A stretch of DNA of 64,000 bases from Candidatus Komeilibacteria bacterium RIFOXYD1_FULL_37_29 (GCA_001818495.1 MHKS01000005.1:250038-314037), one strand, 5' to 3'; positions 47,232 through 57,429 are shown, counted from the stretch's first letter. Translations and numbers: made by a program. Notes: generated by a model from the letters alone, not told the origin.

Positions 47232-47262
47232 CCAGCCGCGTCAAACGCGGCTGGGTAAAGGG
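47232..47262 (+). terminator. Intrinsic terminator after tuf (CCCAGCCGCGTCAAACGCGGCTGGG)
   Basis: Hairpin read directly. Its core is the reverse complement of the fusA terminator core. Confidence 0.6.
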
Positions 47263-47300
47263 GTTTAAATAATTTAAGTAAATTAACAATTCACAATTTC

Positions 47301-47630
47301 ATGCCAGTCAAAGCTAAAGAAGATACTCAGTCAAGAATTCGTATCAAGATTAGAGCCTATGATCACAAAATCATTGATCAGTCTACCAAGACTATCATTG
47401 AGACTGTTGATCGTAGTGGAGCTAAGATTATCGGACCCATTCCGCTGCCTACCGAAAAAAAGAAATTCACGGTTCTTCGTTCAACTTTTGTTCACAAAGA
47501 TGCCCGTGATCAGTATGAAATGAGAGTTCACAAAAGACTTTTGGATATTATTGATCCTACTCCGCAAACTGTTGATGCTTTACAGAGCCTCAATTTACCA
47601 GCCGGTGTAGATTTGGAAATAAAAATGTAA
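47301..47630 (+). CDS. rpsJ: 30S ribosomal protein S10
   Basis: [40 protein letters not shown]. Confidence 0.95.
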   Translation: MPVKAKEDTQSRIRIKIRAYDHKIIDQSTKTIIETVDRSGAKIIGPIPLPTEKKKFTVLRSTFVHKDARDQYEMRVHKRLLDIIDPTPQTVDALQSLNLPAGVDLEIKM

Positions 47631-47959
47631 TCATTGCTTGTTCATTGGGTAATTAAAAATTCTTTGTTTGTTTAGACAACCCCAATCCCATAATCTATCT
47701 AGATTATTTGCTTGGGAAGTGTATAGATAGATAAAGTTTTGTAAGAAGGATAAAAATAGTAAAATTGTTTAAACACTACTGCTAATCAGGCAGTAGCCAT
47801 AAAGCGAAAAAATTAGCCCGAGGCTAATAGTCGCGATTTTATCCTTAAAAGTATTTTGTCAGTATTTTTGAAGATAGAATCGCGATTTTTTTCACCTACA
47901 TAAATTTATATAAAAAAGGTGATCCCGCTCTGCGGGGTAAAAGAGTAGATTTAAATTAT

Positions 47960-48736
47960 ATGGCCAAGTTTATCTTAGGAAGAAAATTGAATATGACCCA
48001 AAAGTTTTTGGCAGACGGTCGTTTGGTCCCAGTTACAGTAGTAGAAGCTGGTCCTTGTACAGTTGTTCAAGTAAAGAGCAAAGATAAGGAAAAATACACT
48101 TCTATTCAGGTGGGATTTGCCCAAAAACCCCAGGTCAATAAACCACTGGCAGGTCATCTAAAAGGATTGGAAAATTTTAGATACTTGAAAGAATTTAGAT
48201 TAGATAATATTGAGAATTTCACCAAAGGGAAAGTTTTTGATGTTACTAGTTTTTCAGCTGGTGATAATTTGAAAATTACCGCTACATCCAAAGGAAAGGG
48301 TTTTCAAGGCGTGGTAAAAAGACACGGTTTTCACGGTTCTCCAGCTAGTCATGGTCACAAAGACCAGCTTAGAATGTCTGGTTCTGTCGGAGCAACCGAC
48401 CCAGCTAGAGTTTTTAAAGGCACTCGCATGGGTGGACGCATGGGTTCAGATACAGTGACTGTTAACAATCTGGAATTAATCGAAGTAGATGTAGCTAAAA
48501 ATTTGCTTTATATTAAAGGAGCTGTGCCCGGTTCTAGAAATGCTTTGGTAACTATTTGGTCCGATGGTGGTCAAATTGTTTTTGTAGAAAAGCCAAAGGA
48601 AGTGGTAAAAACAGAAGTTGTTAAAGAAGCAGTGGCTGCCAAACCAGCCGGAGAAGTAAAAACCGAACTAGCTGTTGAGCCAAAAGAGCTTGAAAAAAAA
48701 GCAGTCAAACAAGAAGAAAATAAGGAAGAGAAATAA
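47960..48736 (+). CDS. rplC: 50S ribosomal protein L3 (with a Lys/Glu-rich C-terminal extension)
   Basis: GKGFQGVVKRHGF, L3 core. Confidence 0.95.
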   Translation: MAKFILGRKLNMTQKFLADGRLVPVTVVEAGPCTVVQVKSKDKEKYTSIQVGFAQKPQVNKPLAGHLKGLENFRYLKEFRLDNIENFTKGKVFDVTSFSAGDNLKITATSKGKGFQGVVKRHGFHGSPASHGHKDQLRMSGSVGATDPARVFKGTRMGGRMGSDTVTVNNLELIEVDVAKNLLYIKGAVPGSRNALVTIWSDGGQIVFVEKPKEVVKTEVVKEAVAAKPAGEVKTELAVEPKELEKKAVKQEENKEEK

Positions 48737-48741
48737 ATTAT

Positions 48742-49377
48742 ATGGCAGAGATTAAAGTAAAATTATATGATTTTCAGGGTAAGGAGCTAGGAGAAGAAAT
48801 TCTAGATTCCAAACTTTTTGGTGTAGCCGTTGATCCCCAGATTATCCAGGAAATAGTTGTTTCCCAAAGAAAAAATGCTCGGGAAGTATTGGCTCATACC
48901 AAAGGAAGATCAGAAGTTCGCGGTGGTGGTAAAAAACCATGGAAGCAAAAAGGAACCGGTCGGGCTCGTCATGGTTCTATCCGTTCTCCACTTTGGATTG
49001 GTGGTGGTATTACTTTTGGTCCAACTAGAGAAAGAAATTTTTCTGTCAAAGTTAATAAAAAAGTCAAAAAGAAAGCCATGGCCATGGTCTTATCTGATAA
49101 AGTAGCTAATAGTAAATTAGTTTTAGTAGAATCATACAATCTTCCAGAAGCCAAAACCAAGCTTTTACAAACTGCTTTTACAAAATTACCAAATAAGAAT
49201 AAATCAACTTTGGTAGTTACTAAGAGTGCTGAGGAAAATATTGTCCGAGCTTCAAAAAATTTACCAAAAGTGCATACTATCAATTATGGTAGTTTGAATT
49301 TGGTAGATTTGATGAAAAATGAATATTTGGTTCTTAATAAGGAATTACTTAAAAAAGTAAGCGAACATTATTTATAA
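48742..49377 (+). CDS. rplD: 50S ribosomal protein L4
   Basis: Operon position plus the L4 pattern (RGGGKKPWKQKGTGRAR). Confidence 0.93.
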   Translation: MAEIKVKLYDFQGKELGEEILDSKLFGVAVDPQIIQEIVVSQRKNAREVLAHTKGRSEVRGGGKKPWKQKGTGRARHGSIRSPLWIGGGITFGPTRERNFSVKVNKKVKKKAMAMVLSDKVANSKLVLVESYNLPEAKTKLLQTAFTKLPNKNKSTLVVTKSAEENIVRASKNLPKVHTINYGSLNLVDLMKNEYLVLNKELLKKVSEHYL

Positions 49378-49381
49378 ACAT

Positions 49382-49861
49382 ATGGGTTTGTTCAGTAAAA
49401 AAAATAAAGAAGTAGCTAAGGACACGGTTAGTCAAACCGCTAAAGATTCTGTGTCTAGTCAGGCCAGTAGCCAGCTTAAGGTAGTTGATAAAAAAGTTAA
49501 GGCTTTGAAAAACAGTCAACCCAAAAGTAAAAAAGTTACTGATAAAAAAGATGGCCATAAGTTCGGTGGACAAAATGCCCAAGCGCATCGATTTTTACTT
49601 AGACCAGTTATTTCTGAAAAGGCCACCATTAGTGTCAGCGACGGAAAATATACTTTTGAAGTATCTGGCGATTCTAATAAAGTAGCTATTAAAAAAGCGA
49701 TTGAAGAAATATATGGAGTCAGGCCAATCGGAGTAAATATTATCAACCAATGCGGTAAAAATGTTCGTTTTGGTAGAAAATTTGGACAAACCAAAAATGT
49801 TAAAAAAGCCATTGTTACTCTGAAAAAGGGTGATAGTATAAAACTATACGAGGGTATTTAA
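49382..49861 (+). CDS. rplW: 50S ribosomal protein L23 (with a roughly 65-aa Lys-rich N-terminal extension)
   Basis: Core ...RFLLRPVISEKAT... Operon position. Confidence 0.85.
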   Translation: MGLFSKKNKEVAKDTVSQTAKDSVSSQASSQLKVVDKKVKALKNSQPKSKKVTDKKDGHKFGGQNAQAHRFLLRPVISEKATISVSDGKYTFEVSGDSNKVAIKKAIEEIYGVRPIGVNIINQCGKNVRFGRKFGQTKNVKKAIVTLKKGDSIKLYEGI

Positions 49862-49872
49862 TATAGATCTAT

Positions 49873-50721
49873 ATGCCAATTAAAGTTTACAAACCAACCA
49901 CACCAGCTCGCCGTAAAACCAGCGTTTTGATAAATAAAAATTTATCTAAAAAACGTCCGGAGAAATCTTTGGTTATTATTAGAAAAGAACAAGCTGGTCG
50001 TAACAACCAAGGCCGTATTTCTGTCAGACACAAGGGTGGTGGAGAAAAAAGATATATCAGATTGATTGACTTTAAACAATCTAAATTTGATATGCCCGCT
50101 AAAGTAACAGCCGTAGAGTATGACCCAAATAGAAACGCTGATATTGCTTTAGTTGTTTATCCAGACGGTGTAAAGAGTTATATTGTTGCCGCCGAAGGAA
50201 TGGCTGTTGGTCACGAAGTATTGTCTTCCGAGAAAAAAATTGATATTAAAGTTGGCAATCGTTTAGTTTTAAAAAATATTCCTACCGGTACGATTGTTTA
50301 TAATGTAGAAATGGTTCCGGGTAAAGGCGGTCAATTGGCTCGCAGTGCTGGAAATGGTTTAGTGTTGATGGCTATTTATGATGGTAAAGCTCAACTAAAG
50401 ATGCCAAGTGGAGAAATCAGAGTTGTCCCAGAAAATTGTATGGCTTCTATTGGTATGCCTAGCAATTCTGAACACAGAAATATCCGTTATGGTAAAGCTG
50501 GCCGGAAGCGTCATATGGGTATCAGACCAACTGTTCGTGGTAAAGTTATGAACCCGGTCGATCACCCTCATGGTGGTGGAGAAGGTCATAATCCGATTGG
50601 TATGAAACATCCTAAGACCTACAAAGGTAAACCGGCTTATGGTGTCAAAACTAGAAAGAGAAATAAGAGGAGTGATCGGATGATTATCAAACGTCGTTTA
50701 TCTAGAACGGGTAGAAAATAA
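49873..50721 (+). CDS. rplB: 50S ribosomal protein L2
   Basis: [24 protein letters not shown]. Confidence 0.97.
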   Translation: MPIKVYKPTTPARRKTSVLINKNLSKKRPEKSLVIIRKEQAGRNNQGRISVRHKGGGEKRYIRLIDFKQSKFDMPAKVTAVEYDPNRNADIALVVYPDGVKSYIVAAEGMAVGHEVLSSEKKIDIKVGNRLVLKNIPTGTIVYNVEMVPGKGGQLARSAGNGLVLMAIYDGKAQLKMPSGEIRVVPENCMASIGMPSNSEHRNIRYGKAGRKRHMGIRPTVRGKVMNPVDHPHGGGEGHNPIGMKHPKTYKGKPAYGVKTRKRNKRSDRMIIKRRLSRTGRK

Positions 50722-50741
50722 TTGGTAAATATTTATAAATT

Positions 50742-51026
50742 ATGTCAAGAAGTTTAAAAAAAGGTCCGTTTACAGATCCAAAGTTGCTCAAAAAAGTAGC
50801 CGGTCTAAAACCAGAAAGCGGTTCAGTGATCAAAACTTGGTCACGTTCTTCAGTTATTACACCGGAGATGGTTGGTTTTACTTTTGGAGTGCATAATGGT
50901 CGGATTCATTCCAACGTTTATGTAGTGGAAAACATGGTTGGACATCGTTTGGGAGAATTTGCTCCAACCAGAAAATTTGTTGTTCACGGTGGTAAAATGG
51001 CCAAGAGTCAAACCCAGGAAAGTTAA
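50742..51026 (+). CDS. rpsS: 30S ribosomal protein S19
   Basis: [12 protein letters not shown]...[11 protein letters not shown]. Confidence 0.95.
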   Translation: MSRSLKKGPFTDPKLLKKVAGLKPESGSVIKTWSRSSVITPEMVGFTFGVHNGRIHSNVYVVENMVGHRLGEFAPTRKFVVHGGKMAKSQTQES

Positions 51027-51049
51027 TTTAGGTAAATTATTTATATTGT

Positions 51050-51571
51050 ATGGTTGAATCAAAAGCACAATTGAAAAATCTTCGCATCTCCTACAAGAAA
51101 GTCGGTTTGGTAGCCGGCGCTATTCGTGGTTTGGATGTCAGTGTTGCTTTGGCTAAACTTCAGATTGTTTTTAAAAAATCTTCTCCAGAAATTGAGAAAT
51201 TGCTTAAATCAGCTGTCGCCAATGCTATTGATAGATACAGTGTTAAAGAAGAGGACTTGAAGATTAAGAGCATTATAGTTAATAAAGCCATGGATCTAAA
51301 GCGTTGGAAACCAGCGGCTTTTGGTCGGGCCCATCCTTTCCGCAAGGCTTCTTGTCATGTAGCCATTATTTTGCAAACCAAAGAAGGAGTCAAAGTTGTG
51401 GCTAAAGAAAAGGTTAAAAAAGTCATAGACACGGTTGATTTGACCAAAACTGATAAGAAATTGGGTTCTCGGGTTGATAGCAAAAAAGTCAATAGTAATA
51501 TAAGCAAGAAAACAGTTAAGGAATCTACGACTGGTGCAGCCAAAGATAAATCTAAAGTAAAAAAGGGTTAA
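51050..51571 (+). CDS. rplV: 50S ribosomal protein L22 (with a Lys-rich C-terminal extension)
   Basis: L22 core plus operon position. Confidence 0.9.
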   Translation: MVESKAQLKNLRISYKKVGLVAGAIRGLDVSVALAKLQIVFKKSSPEIEKLLKSAVANAIDRYSVKEEDLKIKSIIVNKAMDLKRWKPAAFGRAHPFRKASCHVAIILQTKEGVKVVAKEKVKKVIDTVDLTKTDKKLGSRVDSKKVNSNISKKTVKESTTGAAKDKSKVKKG

Positions 51572-51575
51572 TTAT

Positions 51576-52367
51576 ATGGGAAAAAAGGTAAATCCAAGAG
51601 TATTTAGATTAGGCTTGAGTGAGAAATGGAGATCTCGCTGGTATTCTGGTAGGGATTTTTCTAAATTTTTACAACAAGATGTTTGTCTCAGAAGGGGTCT
51701 AAATCATGAATTAAAAGAAGCCGGTATTGATCGGATTGAGATTGAAAGAAATAGAGGCGAAATTATTGTCAATATTTTGGCTGCCAAACCAGGTATTATC
51801 ATCGGTCGTGGTGGTAGTGGTATTGAAGATCTAAAGAAAAAGATTAAAAGTAAATATTTAGACAAGGATATTAAGTTGAGTGTTAATATTAGAGAAGTCG
51901 CCATTCCTAATCAATCAGCCAATATCATTGTTGATGCGGTCAGAGTTGATTTGGAAAAGCGTATTCCTTTTAGACGAGTACTGAAGCAAAATGTAGATAA
52001 GGTTATGAAAGCTGGCGCTAAGGGAGTAAAGATTTTGGTTGCCGGTCGTTTAAACGGAGTAGATATTGCCCGTCGTGAAAAAATCGTCCAAGGTAAAATT
52101 CCTCTACAAACTTTAAGATCAAATATTGATTATAGTCGTGGCGTTGCTCAGACTATGTATGGAGTGATTGGTATTAAAGTGTGGGTTTATAAGGGAGAAT
52201 ATTTTACTAAAAAAGAAGAAAAAGAAGCTACCAAGAAACTGGCTCCGGTTAAAAGCGCCAAGCTATTTTCCGGCGATGATATGAAGCGAAGACCAATAGA
52301 AAAACCTAGCACCAGTCGACGTGAAACCGGCACTCGTGTTCATCCTAGAGCAAAAACCAAGAAATAA
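51576..52367 (+). CDS. rpsC: 30S ribosomal protein S3
   Basis: MGKKVNPRVFRLG..., KH domain. Confidence 0.95.
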   Translation: MGKKVNPRVFRLGLSEKWRSRWYSGRDFSKFLQQDVCLRRGLNHELKEAGIDRIEIERNRGEIIVNILAAKPGIIIGRGGSGIEDLKKKIKSKYLDKDIKLSVNIREVAIPNQSANIIVDAVRVDLEKRIPFRRVLKQNVDKVMKAGAKGVKILVAGRLNGVDIARREKIVQGKIPLQTLRSNIDYSRGVAQTMYGVIGIKVWVYKGEYFTKKEEKEATKKLAPVKSAKLFSGDDMKRRPIEKPSTSRRETGTRVHPRAKTKK

Positions 52368-52397
52368 TATTTCAAATAATTTCCACATAATAAATAT

Positions 52398-52814
52398 ATG
52401 TTAGCACCAAAGAAAGTAAAACATAGAAAATGGCATAGAGGAGATCAAATAAAAGGTAAGGCTACCCGTATGAATAGGGTGAGCTTTGGCGACTATGGTT
52501 TGAAAAGTTTACAGACCGGTTGGATTACTGCTCGTCAAATTGAATCTGCTCGTCGAGCTGTGGTTGGACATATGCAACGCGGTGGGGAAATGTTTATTCG
52601 TATTTTTCCAGATAAGCCTATTACCGCCAAAGGTAGCGAGATGCCGATGGGTAAAGGTAAAGGAGCTGTTGATCATTATGTAGCGACAGTTAAGCCAGGC
52701 ACCATTATGTTGGAAATTGGTGGAGTAGATGCAGAAACCGCTAAGCGTTCTTTACAATTAGCCGGTTACAAATTGCCAGTCAAAACAAAATTGGTCAGCA
52801 AGGAATTATTATAA
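52398..52814 (+). CDS. rplP: 50S ribosomal protein L16
   Basis: MLAPKKVKHRK.., RMNRVSFGDYGLK. Confidence 0.95.
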   Translation: MLAPKKVKHRKWHRGDQIKGKATRMNRVSFGDYGLKSLQTGWITARQIESARRAVVGHMQRGGEMFIRIFPDKPITAKGSEMPMGKGKGAVDHYVATVKPGTIMLEIGGVDAETAKRSLQLAGYKLPVKTKLVSKELL

Positions 52815-52819
52815 AATAT

Positions 52820-53035
52820 ATGAAAATTTCAGAATTAAGAAAATTAGATATAGAAAAGCTAAACGACACATTGGCAGAATTGCGTAATAAAAATCGTGAG
52901 CTTAGGTTTTCTATTACTAATAATCAATTGAAGAATGTCAGACAGGCCCGAGTAGTTAAAAAGGAGATTGCTAAAATTTTGACAGCTTTAAATGAAAAAA
53001 GAACAGTGGCTGAAGATTTGAAACAAGAAAAATAA
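52820..53035 (+). CDS. rpmC: 50S ribosomal protein L29
   Basis: LRKLDIEKLNDTLAELRNKNRELRF. Confidence 0.9.
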   Translation: MKISELRKLDIEKLNDTLAELRNKNRELRFSITNNQLKNVRQARVVKKEIAKILTALNEKRTVAEDLKQEK

Positions 53036-53046
53036 TTTGAAATAAG

Positions 53047-53295
53047 ATGGAAAAGACATTAATAAAAAAGAAATTAGAGGGTCAGGTAGTCAGCGATAAG
53101 ATGGATAAAACCGTTGTAGTTTTGGTGACGACCATAAAAACCCACCCTAAGTATGGTAAACAATTCAAGGCATCTAAAAAATACAAAGCTCATGATGAAA
53201 AAAATGAGTATAAAGTAGGTGACCAAGTATTGCTCCAGGCCTGTCGTCCACTATCTAAAGATAAAAGATGGCGAGTAATTAAAAAAGTAAAGTAA
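53047..53295 (+). CDS. rpsQ: 30S ribosomal protein S17
   Basis: [16 protein letters not shown]..., operon position. Confidence 0.9.
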   Translation: MEKTLIKKKLEGQVVSDKMDKTVVVLVTTIKTHPKYGKQFKASKKYKAHDEKNEYKVGDQVLLQACRPLSKDKRWRVIKKVK

Positions 53296-53305
53296 ACATA
53301 CAGAT

Positions 53306-53677
53306 ATGATTCAACACATGTCACTATTAAAAGTCGCAGATAATTCTGGTGCAAAATTGGTAAAATGCATTAGGGTTTTAGGTGGCTATAAAAAAAGATA
53401 TGCTCGTGTTGGCGATTTGATTACGGTAGCTGTCAGAAGCGCCCAGCCTCATAGTGCTGTTAAAAAAGGTCAGGTACTACATGCGGTCATTGTCAGACAA
53501 AGAAAAGAAATTCGTAGAATCAACGGTACTTATATTCGTTTTGACGATAACGCTGTGGTCATTGTGGATAAGAAAAATAAAGAGTTAAAAGGTACTCGTA
53601 TTTTTGGGCCAGTCGCTCGCGAGCTTCGAGCCGCCGGCTATACCAAGCTTATTTCATTAGCCCCAGAAGTTTTATAA
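53306..53677 (+). CDS. rplN: 50S ribosomal protein L14
   Basis: [17 protein letters not shown]... Confidence 0.97.
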   Translation: MIQHMSLLKVADNSGAKLVKCIRVLGGYKKRYARVGDLITVAVRSAQPHSAVKKGQVLHAVIVRQRKEIRRINGTYIRFDDNAVVIVDKKNKELKGTRIFGPVARELRAAGYTKLISLAPEVL

Positions 53678-53681
53678 ACAT

Positions 53682-54008
53682 ATGAACATCAAGATAAAAG
53701 TAAATGATAAAGTACAAGTGCTGTCCGGCAAGGATAAGGGTAAAACTGGTAAAGTTTTACAGATTTTGCCTGGCCTAAACAAAGCAGTGGTTGAAGGTAT
53801 CAATACTATGTACAAGCACATTAAGTCACGTAAAAAAGGGGAGAAGGGCCAAAGAGTTCAATTTAATGGTCCAGTGATTGGCAGTAACTTGATGTTGGTT
53901 TGTCCAAAATGCAACAAACCTAGTCGCTTGGGAGTGAAGATTTCCGAAATGGCCAATAAAAAAACCAAAGTAAGATTTTGTAAAAAATGTAAGGAAGTAA
54001 TTGATTAG
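53682..54008 (+). CDS. rplX: 50S ribosomal protein L24, with a Cys4 zinc-ribbon-like C-terminal region
   Basis: KIKVNDKVQVLSGKDKGKTGKV (KOW). The C-terminus has CPKCNKP...CKKCKE. Confidence 0.9.
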   Translation: MNIKIKVNDKVQVLSGKDKGKTGKVLQILPGLNKAVVEGINTMYKHIKSRKKGEKGQRVQFNGPVIGSNLMLVCPKCNKPSRLGVKISEMANKKTKVRFCKKCKEVID

Positions 54009-54040
54009 GTTTTACTAGATGTAGTTAAATATATAAAAAT

Positions 54041-54592
54041 ATGAGCAGATTAGCAGACAAATATAAAAAAGATTTAAAGCCTCAATTGGCCAAAACTTTG
54101 GGTTTAAAAAATCTAATGGCCGCTCCCAAAGTAGAAAAAGTGGTACTTAATATTGGTATTGGAAAAGCCACCCAAGACAAACAATGGATTGATTTGGCTA
54201 CTTCTATTTTAGGTCGGATTACCGGTCAAAAAGCCGTTACTACTAAATCTAGAAAATCAATTTCTAATTTTAAAGTACGTAAAGGTATGGTAGTGGGAGC
54301 CAAAGTAACCTTACGCGGTGAGAAGATGTATGATTTTTTGGATAGATTGGTCAATGTCACTATTCCACGATTGCGAGATTTTTTTGGCTTAGATCTTAAA
54401 AAGGGCTTTGACAAGCACGGAAATTATACTATTGGTTTTAAAGAACACATTGTTTTTCCGGAGATTGGTATGGACGATTTGGATAAAATACATGGGTTAG
54501 AACTCACCGTAGTTACTTCTGCTAAAAATGATCAAGATACTTTAGAATTGCTCAAGGTCTTGGGATTTCCTTTTAAAAAAAGTAAAAAATAA
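54041..54592 (+). CDS. rplE: 50S ribosomal protein L5
   Basis: L5 core plus operon position. Confidence 0.93.
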   Translation: MSRLADKYKKDLKPQLAKTLGLKNLMAAPKVEKVVLNIGIGKATQDKQWIDLATSILGRITGQKAVTTKSRKSISNFKVRKGMVVGAKVTLRGEKMYDFLDRLVNVTIPRLRDFFGLDLKKGFDKHGNYTIGFKEHIVFPEIGMDDLDKIHGLELTVVTSAKNDQDTLELLKVLGFPFKKSKK

Positions 54593-54609
54593 TTGTAAAA
54601 ATTCTTAAT

Positions 54610-54795
54610 ATGGCAACATCAGCACAAATTGCAAAATCAAACAGAACACCAAAGTATTCAACACGAATTACCCGTCGTTGTTGGCGATGTGGCAGACACC
54701 GTTCTTATATGAGAAGATTCGACCTTTGTCGCATTTGTTTTAGGGAGTTAGCTGATAAAGGCGAAATTCCGGGAATTAAAAAATCAAGTTGGTAA
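54610..54795 (+). CDS. rpsN: 30S ribosomal protein S14, type Z (zinc-binding, 61 aa)
   Basis: [23 protein letters not shown]. Confidence 0.93.
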   Translation: MATSAQIAKSNRTPKYSTRITRRCWRCGRHRSYMRRFDLCRICFRELADKGEIPGIKKSSW

Positions 54796-54815
54796 TTAAT
54801 TATAATTAAAATATC

Positions 54816-55205
54816 ATGACAGATCCTATTGCAGACATGTTAACAAGAATAAGGAATGCCGCAGCCGTTAAAAAGGTGGAGGTAGTTTTGCCTTATTCAA
54901 AGTTAAAGTTTAATATAGCCAAGATTTTGGAAAAAGAAAGTTATATATCCAAAGTAGAAAAGATCAAGACTGGAAAGTTTGATGAACTTAAAATTGAATT
55001 GAAATACACCAGTCATGGTCCAGCCATTAGGCATATTAAGAGAATTTCTAAACCTGGTCAGAGAATTTATTCTGCTGGAAAAGAATTGCCCCGTGTTTTA
55101 AACGGCTATGGCTTGGCTATCCTTTCTACTTCCAAAGGAATTATGACTAATAAGGAAGCAAAAAGTCAGAATATAGGTGGAGAATTAGTTTGTGAAATTT
55201 GGTAA
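54816..55205 (+). CDS. rpsH: 30S ribosomal protein S8
   Basis: MTDPIADMLTRIRNA... Confidence 0.97.
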   Translation: MTDPIADMLTRIRNAAAVKKVEVVLPYSKLKFNIAKILEKESYISKVEKIKTGKFDELKIELKYTSHGPAIRHIKRISKPGQRIYSAGKELPRVLNGYGLAILSTSKGIMTNKEAKSQNIGGELVCEIW

Positions 55206-55214
55206 TAAAAAATT

Positions 55215-55769
55215 ATGTCAAGAGTTGGAAAAAAACCAATAGAAATACCCAAAGGCGTTGAAGTAAAAATAAACGCCGAAAAAATGGGTTATCAAGTAGG
55301 CATTAAAGGACCGAAAGGATCTTTGAATGTTGCTTTACCACAGGGAGTGGTTGTTGAACAAAAAGATAATCAGCTTGTTTTAAGTGTACAGAATTCTGAA
55401 GATGGGCATGAAAAGGCTCTCTGGGGTCTATCTAGATCATTGATCAACAATGCTGTTTTAGGAGTGACTGGTGGATTTTCTAAAGAATTAGAAATCAACG
55501 GTGTCGGTTTTAAAGTGGCTTTGCAAGGAAAGAAATTGGTATTAAATGTTGGATTTTCTCATCCAGTAGAATATGCTTTACCCGATGGTATCGTGGCGGT
55601 TGTAGAAAAAAATAACATTAAAATATCAGGTATTGATAAGCAGCTATTGGGCCAGGTCACCGCTGAAATCAGGGCTATTAAAAAACCAGAGCCATATAAA
55701 GGTAAAGGTATTAAATATATTGACGAACATATTCGCAGAAAAGCTGGTAAAGTTGTCAAAGCTGCCTAA
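55215..55769 (+). CDS. rplF: 50S ribosomal protein L6
   Basis: MSRVGKKPIEIPKGVEV... Confidence 0.97.
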   Translation: MSRVGKKPIEIPKGVEVKINAEKMGYQVGIKGPKGSLNVALPQGVVVEQKDNQLVLSVQNSEDGHEKALWGLSRSLINNAVLGVTGGFSKELEINGVGFKVALQGKKLVLNVGFSHPVEYALPDGIVAVVEKNNIKISGIDKQLLGQVTAEIRAIKKPEPYKGKGIKYIDEHIRRKAGKVVKAA

Positions 55770-55789
55770 GTCCATTAATATAAAATATT

Positions 55790-56146
55790 ATGAAGGATAA
55801 AAATAAAGTAAAACTAAGCAATATTATCAGACGACAGCGTCGAACCAGGGCTAAAATTAGTGGTACTGCTGTTCGGCCGAGAGTTTCTGTTTTCAAGAGT
55901 TTGATGCATACTAGCGTTCAAGCGATTGATGATGTAGCCAGAAAGACTTTGGCTGCTATGACTGATAAAACTCTTAAAGTTAAGGGTACCAAATCAGACA
56001 AAGCAGCTGCTTTGGGCGAGGAGTTTGGTAAAAAATTGAAAACTCTTAAGATTGAGGCCATCATTTTTGATAAAGGAGCTTATAAATACCACGGCCGAGT
56101 AAAAGCTTTAGCCGACGGCATTAGAAAAGCAGGTATAAATTTTTAA
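55790..56146 (+). CDS. rplR: 50S ribosomal protein L18
   Basis: L18 core plus operon position. Confidence 0.9.
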   Translation: MKDKNKVKLSNIIRRQRRTRAKISGTAVRPRVSVFKSLMHTSVQAIDDVARKTLAAMTDKTLKVKGTKSDKAAALGEEFGKKLKTLKIEAIIFDKGAYKYHGRVKALADGIRKAGINF

Positions 56147-56150
56147 TATT

Positions 56151-56888
56151 ATGGAAGAAAAAAATATAAAAGAAATTGAGCCTAAGGTTTTGGAACAAAG
56201 TAGCGATGATTTACAAGTCATTGATGATTTGGTCAAAACCCCCGCTGATCAAAAAGTTTTTACCAAAGTAAAGGTTAACTTTAGACGGGCTCCTATTAAG
56301 AGACGACAGTCAGATAAACCAAAAGATGATTTTGAACAAAAAGTTTTGGATTTAGCTAGAGTTACTCGTGTGATGGCCGGTGGTAAGAGAATGAAATTTA
56401 GAGCCACTATGGTTATTGGTGATAAAAAAGGTAAAGTTGGTATCGGCATTGCTAAAGGTATGGATGTTTCTATGGCTATTTCTAAAGCAGTGTCTAAAGC
56501 CAGGAAAAATTTGGTGGAAGTACCGATTATTGATGGTACAGTACCTCATCAGGTACGGATCAATGATCATTCAGCTAAACTGATGATTCGTCCAGCTCGT
56601 TCTGGTAGTGGTATCAAAGCTGGTGGTGTAATGCGTATTGTTTTTGAGTTAGCTGGAATCAAGGACGTAGTAGCCAAAATTTTGGGTACCAGTAATAAAG
56701 TAAACAACGCCAAAGCTACTGTTAAGGCTTTAAATTCTTTTATTCCTCAGGCTGTTGAAGCAGCTCGAGCTAGTAAAAAAGCGCCAGCTCAGCCAGCCAC
56801 TTATAGTGCTCATAATCAAAATAGGGGAGCTTTTGTTAGAAAAGATAAACCCACCGGTCACAAAAAAGACCGAGGAGAAAGTAAATAA
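56151..56888 (+). CDS. rpsE: 30S ribosomal protein S5 (with an N-terminal extension)
   Basis: VTRVMAGGKRMKFRATMVIGDKKGKVGIGIAKG. Confidence 0.95.
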   Translation: MEEKNIKEIEPKVLEQSSDDLQVIDDLVKTPADQKVFTKVKVNFRRAPIKRRQSDKPKDDFEQKVLDLARVTRVMAGGKRMKFRATMVIGDKKGKVGIGIAKGMDVSMAISKAVSKARKNLVEVPIIDGTVPHQVRINDHSAKLMIRPARSGSGIKAGGVMRIVFELAGIKDVVAKILGTSNKVNNAKATVKALNSFIPQAVEAARASKKAPAQPATYSAHNQNRGAFVRKDKPTGHKKDRGESK

Positions 56889-56890
56889 AT

Positions 56891-57412
56891 ATGTTGAATC
56901 TACACAGTCTAAAAAAATCAAAAGGAACCAAAAGAAAGAGAGAAAGATTGGGACGCGGTAATGCTACTGGCAGTGGAAATTATTCTACTCGTGGTATGAA
57001 GGGTCAGCGCGCTCGTTCTGGCGGTAAATCTGGTTTGGCTTTACGCAGTATCAGAAGCTATCTTTTGGCTGTACCAAAAGTTAGGGGTTTTAAATCTCTA
57101 AGTATTCCTCGATCAGTTGTTAATGTGGGTGATTTGGAAAAGAATTTCTCTAGCGGTGAGAAAGTTAATATTAGAGCAATGCTTAAGGCCGGATTAATTA
57201 TGACCATTTCTGGCGGCGTTAAAGTATTGTCTTTGGGTAAAATTAGTAAAAATTTAATTGTTGAGGCCAATGCTTTTTCAGCTGAAGCTAAAGGAAAGAT
57301 TGAAGCAGCTGGTGGTAAGGCTATTGTAGTTTACGGTAGTAAGCGGGCCAAAGAATTATCGGCCAAAGCTGGTCAAAAAGATGATCAGGCCACAGCAGAA
57401 ATTAAGGCTTAA
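56891..57412 (+). CDS. rplO: 50S ribosomal protein L15 (directly follows rpsE, with no L30 gene between)
   Basis: MLNLHSLKKSKGTKRKRERLGRGNATGSG... Confidence 0.93.
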   Translation: MLNLHSLKKSKGTKRKRERLGRGNATGSGNYSTRGMKGQRARSGGKSGLALRSIRSYLLAVPKVRGFKSLSIPRSVVNVGDLEKNFSSGEKVNIRAMLKAGLIMTISGGVKVLSLGKISKNLIVEANAFSAEAKGKIEAAGGKAIVVYGSKRAKELSAKAGQKDDQATAEIKA

Positions 57413-57429
57413 GAAATAAATAAAAATTT

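Noticed and set aside
48857-51543. Alternate-frame ORFs within ribosomal protein genes (e.g. 48857..49105 +, 48969..49283 -, 50395..50610 -, 51355..51543 -)
   Set aside because: They overlap universally conserved ribosomal protein genes whose frames are unambiguous.
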